From contig CAZWDO010000018.1 of the NCBI GenBank assembly GCA_964632485.1, forward strand, positions 1 through 64,000: 64,000 nt of DNA, given 5' to 3'. Source of the stretch: an uncultured bacterium (GTDB lineage Bacteria; JAGOEH01). Shown here in pieces: positions 58,477 through 64,000 of the stretch (the stretch's first letter is position 1; each line of letters begins with the position of its first letter). The notes under the pieces were generated by a model. That model did no database searches and was not told the DNA's origin. It worked only from the letters and a program-made list of their open reading frames with translations. A program made the position numbers and the translations under genes.

Positions 58477-58503
58477 AAATCGACCTGTTGGCCTAAAACT
58501 TTA
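58477..58503 (-). promoter_or_regulatory. sigma28 promoter TAAA-N15-GTCGATTT of the giant secreted-protein gene
   Basis: TAAAGT...GTCGAT with 15-nt spacer, matching the flagellin promoter; intergenic and correctly oriented. Confidence 0.75.
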
Positions 58504-58526
58504 ATGTTTTTTTCTTTTCCCTCCTT

Positions 58527-59621
58527 TTATTGAAGATATACCGGAATCATCGCCGGCTCATAAATCTTGATCTGATTCTGAGCGGCATCCAGTAATTCAA
58601 ATGTATTAAAGGTTAAACTCGTCTCGCCAGCGGCCATCACTTTGAATTTCAGAACACACAAGGCCACCGCTCGACTATCAATATCCACATCTGTACCCAA
58701 AGGTTTATCCCCATCAAACTGAATAAGCCAGGTCGATACAAAACCCACCTTGCTGTTATCATAGCGGGGTTCTCTTAAACAATTAATTTTTTTGTAACGA
58801 GTATCTGTAAGTAGCGTACTATCCACTTTATCGATAAATTCCAGATAATTGCGATTAACATTGCAGATAAAACGCAGAGCAAACAAATCGGAAATATTGG
58901 TCAACTGGACCACTAAACTGATTGTATCTCCAACTTTACCCTGAACCGTTTCCGGATACAGGCTCAGACTACCCTTGTCTTTGGTATCAAAATAGTAATC
59001 ATCAGAAGTCGTCGAATGATTCCACTTCGTAGTCGAAATAACCCGGAAATGATACCGCTGATTCGGATCTAAATTAGCAAGACTCATATTATGTTCCAAA
59101 ACATAATAATCCAAATCCACAACATCCGAACCATAACCCGTCGTTTTACCATATTCAATCAGGCTGTTTGAAAGCTGATCCGTATCCCAGCCAATAATTG
59201 CCGACGAGGAAGTAACCGATAATACACGAATATTGGAAAGTACTGGTCCCTGAGTACTGGCAGCCAGTGTTGTGAATTCCTTCATCTCCGATTCTTTTTC
59301 AGTACCGGAAGAATCATGAGACACTACCTTATAATAATAAGTCGTATTCTCTGAAAGCCCTGTCAATGGCACCTGATGATCCTTAACCAGGGTCGAATTT
59401 TCTTGTGTGCTTCGATTCAATTGATTATCAGTACCATATACAACCTGCGACGTCGATTTCAAATTGGTTTTCCAGGTGATCACCGCCGCGTCTTCACTCT
59501 GCACACTCGAATTCACATTCGAAACTGACAACTGCTCGTCCGTGCGAACCGTGCCCATACTGCCACAAGCAACCACAAACGCAACAATTACTCCTGCCAG
59601 ATAGACGGGTATCCGATTCAT
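58527..59621 (-). CDS. Lipoprotein with two Fn3 (PAP-N-like) domains and C-terminal cohesin-like domain
   Basis: Lipobox VVA-C; two repeats of A.I.W.T...S.S.V.YG...H.V.L..L...T.YY..V.S; VGDTISLVVQLTNISDLFALRF...LCVLKFKVMAAGETSLTF; AGGAGG RBS. Confidence 0.85.
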   Translation of the reverse strand: MNRIPVYLAGVIVAFVVACGSMGTVRTDEQLSVSNVNSSVQSEDAAVITWKTNLKSTSQVVYGTDNQLNRSTQENSTLVKDHQVPLTGLSENTTYYYKVVSHDSSGTEKESEMKEFTTLAASTQGPVLSNIRVLSVTSSSAIIGWDTDQLSNSLIEYGKTTGYGSDVVDLDYYVLEHNMSLANLDPNQRYHFRVISTTKWNHSTTSDDYYFDTKDKGSLSLYPETVQGKVGDTISLVVQLTNISDLFALRFICNVNRNYLEFIDKVDSTLLTDTRYKKINCLREPRYDNSKVGFVSTWLIQFDGDKPLGTDVDIDSRAVALCVLKFKVMAAGETSLTFNTFELLDAAQNQIKIYEPAMIPVYLQ

Positions 59622-59676
59622 GTATAGCCTCCTTTTTCTAAAAGTGTTGTTATGCATAATTAACCGTTTTAAGATC

Positions 59677-59692
59677 TGCACCTTTTATGCCA
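59677..59692 (-). promoter_or_regulatory. sigma54 promoter TGGCATAAAAGGTGCA
   Basis: GG-N10-GC spacing, TGGCAT and TGCA, 56 nt upstream of the lipoprotein start. Confidence 0.65.
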
Positions 59693-59797
59693 ACAGTTAA
59701 AATGCATGGATTAAATGCGCAAATCACTCCGCGGGACAAATAGTTAATTAGTTTAATCGAAACTCGTCTCATATCCTATCACACTGTCCCTACCCAA

Positions 59798-59824
59798 TTA
59801 TCGACCGCTTCTATTTTTCCTATA
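59798..59824 (-). promoter_or_regulatory. Possible sigma28 promoter TATA-N15-GTCGATAA
   Basis: Good -10, one mismatch in -35, 15-nt spacer, upstream of the lipoprotein gene. Confidence 0.4.
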
Positions 59825-60004
59825 GGCAATTTCTGCATGTTTGCTTTACATCCTTTGGCGTTTTAATCACCAATAAATGAAATCTATTCTATATTTATTT
59901 TTAATTGCAACTTGATAGTGAAAAAATGAAGGCATAATAACATTTAAAAAAATTTTACTTGAACATTGAGCAATATGGTTTATATTTCAATATGGGAGAT
60001 ATCC

Positions 60005-61888
60005 ATGCGAAGATTAAATATTGACCGTTTTTACACTATAATGCGATTATTAAAAGCTATTTTCACGTTATACTGGCTGGTTTTCACTATTAATTATTGC
60101 CTGATTGCCACAGCTTTCGGCCAAACTGTCGATAAGGTACAAAGGGTGGAATACCCGATCGGCGAGCAGGGGTGCATCTATAACCGGTTTATTCAAATTA
60201 CGGACGATATATTTGTTTTTGACGGATCGTGCGGCGTTTCCCTCCTGAAAAACTTCACCCGCATCCTCAACGAAGCGGCCCAACCTCAGCATGAAATTTT
60301 TCATGAAGGCTCTTACTACAAAGGGCTCTCCGCTTTTGTGCGTAAGGGCCGCTACCTGATTGCCCAATCTTCAGTTAACCGTTACGGCTACTTTCCTTCT
60401 ATCAAGGGTGAAATCAATCTCTTCGAATATAATTTTCAGAAGCGCGCTCTTACTAATAGCTCACTGAACCCATCTTTGACGGGCGAACTCTACGGGCGAT
60501 CGATCACCTCCGGCGACCTGAATGGAGATATGCAAATAGATTTGGTCTATGCCCGCGGCGATACCCTGGTCGTTTTTCTCGCCACTGCCACCGGATTTAA
60601 ACGTTATGATTTCCTGCAAAACCGACAACCAGGTTATACTAATCTGGGAGACATCCTGCTCTGCGATCTGACCGGCGATCGCCTGCCAGAGATTATCTGC
60701 GGCTACTACTGCTCCGTATGGCGCAATCGCAGCCGCCCGGACTCGCTGATCCTCGAGGAATCATCCCCCGAATACCCACCCACTTATGTGGAAAACGTCA
60801 ACACCTATGGCATGGACGGTTTATGCAGCGGATATTTCGACCCACAGCATCCCTATCCCATGGTGGCCATGATCCTGGGGAAAATGCAAAACTATAATAC
60901 CAAAGACGGTTTGCTTTATTTCCTGAAATATGATCCAAATGGGGATCGATTTGAATTACAGTATGCCCAAAAGCTCAACACTATTCGGGGAACGGAAATG
61001 CGTACGGTGTTTCTGGAAGGCAGCGACTTGCCCTCTATTCTCAATTTTTCCGAAGACTCGATTACCACCGCCACCGGATACGCCGCAATCCTGAAGAATA
61101 TCGGCAATCTGATATTTGAGCTATTGCCTTCCCTGACCCGTTACGTCCAGCATTACGACACAAGCGGCGCTGCCATCCGCAACAGCAACAGCGACTGTAT
61201 TCTCCTGCATGACCTGGATGGCGACCATTATGACGAAATCATCTATAGTTTCAAAGACACGCTGGCGGTCATCAGCATCCTTTCCGGCGTTTCCCTGCGC
61301 TCCCATTGGGGACAAACCCCCTTTCTCGTGGAAGTATCGCCCGCCGCAGATACGACTATACCCCTTGATAGCCATTGGCCCTCTGATCAGATAAATCTCT
61401 CGCCTGTCTATTACGACGGCAGCGATGGAATAACGGTCGAACTCAACGCGCAAGCGCTTCATATTACTACGCAAACGCAAATAGAACGCGACCGCTATGA
61501 TTCGTTCCAGATATTCGACCTAACTCACGGGGAAAGCCGTATCATCACAATCCATATCCCTCCCGATTCAAGCCCCGATACCAGCGTGGATGTGTGCCAA
61601 AACCAGATATTTCCCCCCATCATCACCCCGAACGGAGATTGGCTGAATGACTCCCTTTATTTCAAACTTTGTCCCGATTCCCAGCCGCAAAAAATCGACA
61701 TTTTTCATCCTTGGGGATATCGGATACGTACACTTACTCAGCCAATCGAGGCTTACCCCTACCTGACCTATGTATGGGACGGAAAAAACGAGGAGCGTCG
61801 CGTGGTTCCCAGGGGGAGTTATTATTTCTTCGTGTTCGACCAAACACAAACGATCATTCAAAAAGGAGCAATTACGGTATTTTATTGA
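60005..61888 (+). CDS. Secreted FG-GAP/VCBS-repeat protein with T9SS type-B (gliding-motility-associated) CTD
   Basis: GDLNGDMQIDL, DLTGDRLPEI, DLDGDHYDEI; IITPNGDWLND...IF.PWG...WDG...G.YYF...KGAITV; GGGAG RBS. Confidence 0.85.
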   Translation: MRRLNIDRFYTIMRLLKAIFTLYWLVFTINYCLIATAFGQTVDKVQRVEYPIGEQGCIYNRFIQITDDIFVFDGSCGVSLLKNFTRILNEAAQPQHEIFHEGSYYKGLSAFVRKGRYLIAQSSVNRYGYFPSIKGEINLFEYNFQKRALTNSSLNPSLTGELYGRSITSGDLNGDMQIDLVYARGDTLVVFLATATGFKRYDFLQNRQPGYTNLGDILLCDLTGDRLPEIICGYYCSVWRNRSRPDSLILEESSPEYPPTYVENVNTYGMDGLCSGYFDPQHPYPMVAMILGKMQNYNTKDGLLYFLKYDPNGDRFELQYAQKLNTIRGTEMRTVFLEGSDLPSILNFSEDSITTATGYAAILKNIGNLIFELLPSLTRYVQHYDTSGAAIRNSNSDCILLHDLDGDHYDEIIYSFKDTLAVISILSGVSLRSHWGQTPFLVEVSPAADTTIPLDSHWPSDQINLSPVYYDGSDGITVELNAQALHITTQTQIERDRYDSFQIFDLTHGESRIITIHIPPDSSPDTSVDVCQNQIFPPIITPNGDWLNDSLYFKLCPDSQPQKIDIFHPWGYRIRTLTQPIEAYPYLTYVWDGKNEERRVVPRGSYYFFVFDQTQTIIQKGAITVFY

Positions 61889-61980
61889 TTCAAATGACAA
61901 TCGATGCCAGTCGTATAGCAATGCTATATTCGCGCAGCGAAGTTAACACCAAACACGTTCGGGTACTCCGAAAAAACCAA

Positions 61981-63988
61981 ATGATACCTGCTTTCAATAA
62001 ACATATCCGCGCCCTGCTATCGGCCTTGACGGCCGTACTGATCAGGAGCTGGGCGCTGAACTGCCTGTTGATCCTCACGCTTTTCTCACAGCCTGTAGCG
62101 CTCTTCGAATCCAACCCGGCCTCTATCATTCATCGCTTCCCCCCCTTCAGCCTCTATTTCCGTGAAACAATTCTAAGCCCGGACATTACCCCCTTCCATA
62201 CCACGCAACTGGAATTAACCCATCGACACCAATTCGGCTTCATCGGCGCCGGCATTTCAATTCATCGCGCCGCCGCATTCCGTCAAAATCAATACTACCT
62301 GCAACTGGCAGGGCGTCTCAGCGACCATTTCATCATCGGGCTGCAACCAATCCTGATGGACGACTATGTTGCCCCGGGCGACAATCCATCGATCAATCGC
62401 CTTGATCCCCTGCTCAATCGCCACTATCGCAATTTGGCCTGGGCCGGGGGATGGCTTTACTCCCATTCATGGTTGACAACCGGCATCCATTACCACCATC
62501 TCCCCCACGCCACCTATCCATATTCACACAAAGATTACCTGAGGATTCATCTGGCCGGTAAATTTCTCCACCATCATATAGAAGCCCTGATCGCCCTGGA
62601 ACGGGGGTTCTATCCGCAACCTTCGGTGACGCCTTTTATCCAGGTCGGATACCATATCCATTCATTTCATTTAGCCGCCCAAATCAGGGACGACCAATTC
62701 ACTTTTCATATCACGACCTCAATCGGAACTCGTCAAATTTTTGGAATAGCCTATGATTATCTTGTCCCAATGCCGGGGGTGGGCAATTATTCCCTTGCCG
62801 GGCTGATTGCTTTGGGACAGGAGGGCCCGATCATCCGTCCCCGCCAATACCCAATCCGGGGCCGGATAGCAGTCTGCCCCCCACTCATCCATCGGTATCA
62901 AACCCGCATCATCCGCGCTCATTTGCGCGCGCCACTTTTTATCTTCTACGATTCCGCCTCCCTAGCAATCAGCGATCTGAATAAAGATCCGAGAACCCTC
63001 TTCCTTTTCGACGAACACCCTCTATCCACTGAATTTTCCCAACTCGAACATTTAGCCCGACAAATGCGCGCCCAGAATTTTAAAATCGAACTGATCGGAA
63101 ATACAATTCAGGAACCCGCAGGAACAGGACTGGCCAGAGCCAATCGCTTAAAACAAAACTTGATCGACCAAGGAGTGGATGATTCCCTGATTGAGGTCAC
63201 CGAAAAACGCATCGATCCATCTTCTCTGAATTACCGGCTTCCCGAATGCATAGAGGAATACCGACGAGTGGAGATTCATTCGCTGGATAGCGCGCGTCAA
63301 GCGCCAATGGAAAGCATCGATTCAATCCTGACACGGGAAACCGCCATTGACCCAGCCGAACTTGACGTCGATTTGTTTGCCGTTTCAGACACATCGTGGT
63401 CGCAGATTCGCCTGGAAACCCTGTTCGACACTTTAGAGCTGCAAACCCCGGATTCCACTCTCCCGTTTAAACAGAAACTCATGCTGCCAGTATCGGAAGC
63501 GCAACTCGTTCACGACTCTTTTACAGTGAAGTTTCTCATCCGCAATCGCGTCGATTCACTCTGGAGCGAAACCGCCTCCGTACCTGTTGTATGGACAGAC
63601 AGCGAGCGAATTATTCCGGATACCGTGGATATTTATCACCTATTGACCTATTCCTACGATCAGGGGGGATGCTAAAATAGAGATCAATGCCACCCAGTTG
63701 ACTCAAATCATCCACATCCTGCAACGCGATCCATCGCTGCAGATTCGGATCGAAGGGCATACCTGTTCTCTCGGCGACTCGCTTTACAACCTCAACCTGG
63801 CCCGGGAACGAGCCGAAAGCATGAAACAATTGCTGATGGAACAGGGAATTCAAAGCGAACGAATTGGAATTCAAGCCTTCGGCGAACAACGCCCACTGGC
63901 GGACAACAGGTACCCACTGGGACGCATTTTAAACCGCCGCGTCCGTCTGGTATTGTACACGCCTACAGAGGGATCCTCACCGCGCTGA
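61981..63988 (+). pseudogene. PorP/SprF-like barrel fused to OmpA-like domains, frameshifted at a G6 run (63663-63668); error, phase variation or pseudogene unresolved
   Basis: Signal peptide, FESNPA motif, beta-strands, degenerate OmpA domain (LARANRLKQNL..QGV...RRVEI); removing one G joins it to IEGHTCSLG..YNLNLARERA...NRRV at 63698-63988; start codon uncertain (61894, 61921 or 61981). Confidence 0.65.
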
Positions 63989-64000
63989 ACCTCGAAAACT

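Noticed and set aside
61669-61893. N-terminal extension of the 668-aa ORF
   Set aside because: Overlaps the CTD of the upstream gene by about 220 nt; a signal peptide appears only after 61981
1-64000. CRISPR arrays, tRNA/rRNA, IS elements, integrases, prophage
   Set aside because: No regularly spaced repeats, cloverleaf motifs, transposase, integrase or phage gene clusters recognised by eye; the baseplate-like motif is confined to one secreted protein

Overview
Bacterial genomic window with no rRNA, tRNA, CRISPR array or mobile element that I can recognise. The organism is a flagellated diderm: it has FlgH/FlgI rings and also proteins with type IX secretion (T9SS)-type C-terminal sorting domains and a PorP/SprF-like gene, which suggests (inference) a non-Bacteroidota FCB-group lineage. 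Positions 1-36 kb hold housekeeping and envelope genes: DUF554, FliK-like/FlhB-C pair, lpdA, radical SAM-SPASM, guaB, HIT, thioredoxin-TPR, dnaE, M1 peptidase, D-aminoacylase plus AGCS symporter, an Omp85-like/large barrel pair, lipA, GH57 plus DUF4912, a six-gene operon of unknown exported proteins, PilZ-like and rho. Positions 36-53.5 kb are a minus-strand flagellar cluster (fapA-motA-motB-dnaK2-J, then flgF-G-A-H-I-J-N-K-L-fliW-fliC-fliS-flaG-flgM). Positions 53.8-64 kb form a T9SS-linked surface-protein locus. Reading promoters directly shows a flagellar-type hierarchy: three sigma54 (-24/-12) sites and several sigma28 sites. The main candidate for an undescribed system is a 1485-aa T9SS-CTD protein with cohesin-dockerin-cohesin-like modules that has the same sigma28 promoter as flagellin. 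It lies downstream of a sigma54-preceded Fn3-cohesin lipoprotein and is divergent from a type-B CTD cargo plus PorP-OmpA gene, which has a one-base frameshift in a G run. All family calls come from motif recognition by eye, not database searches.
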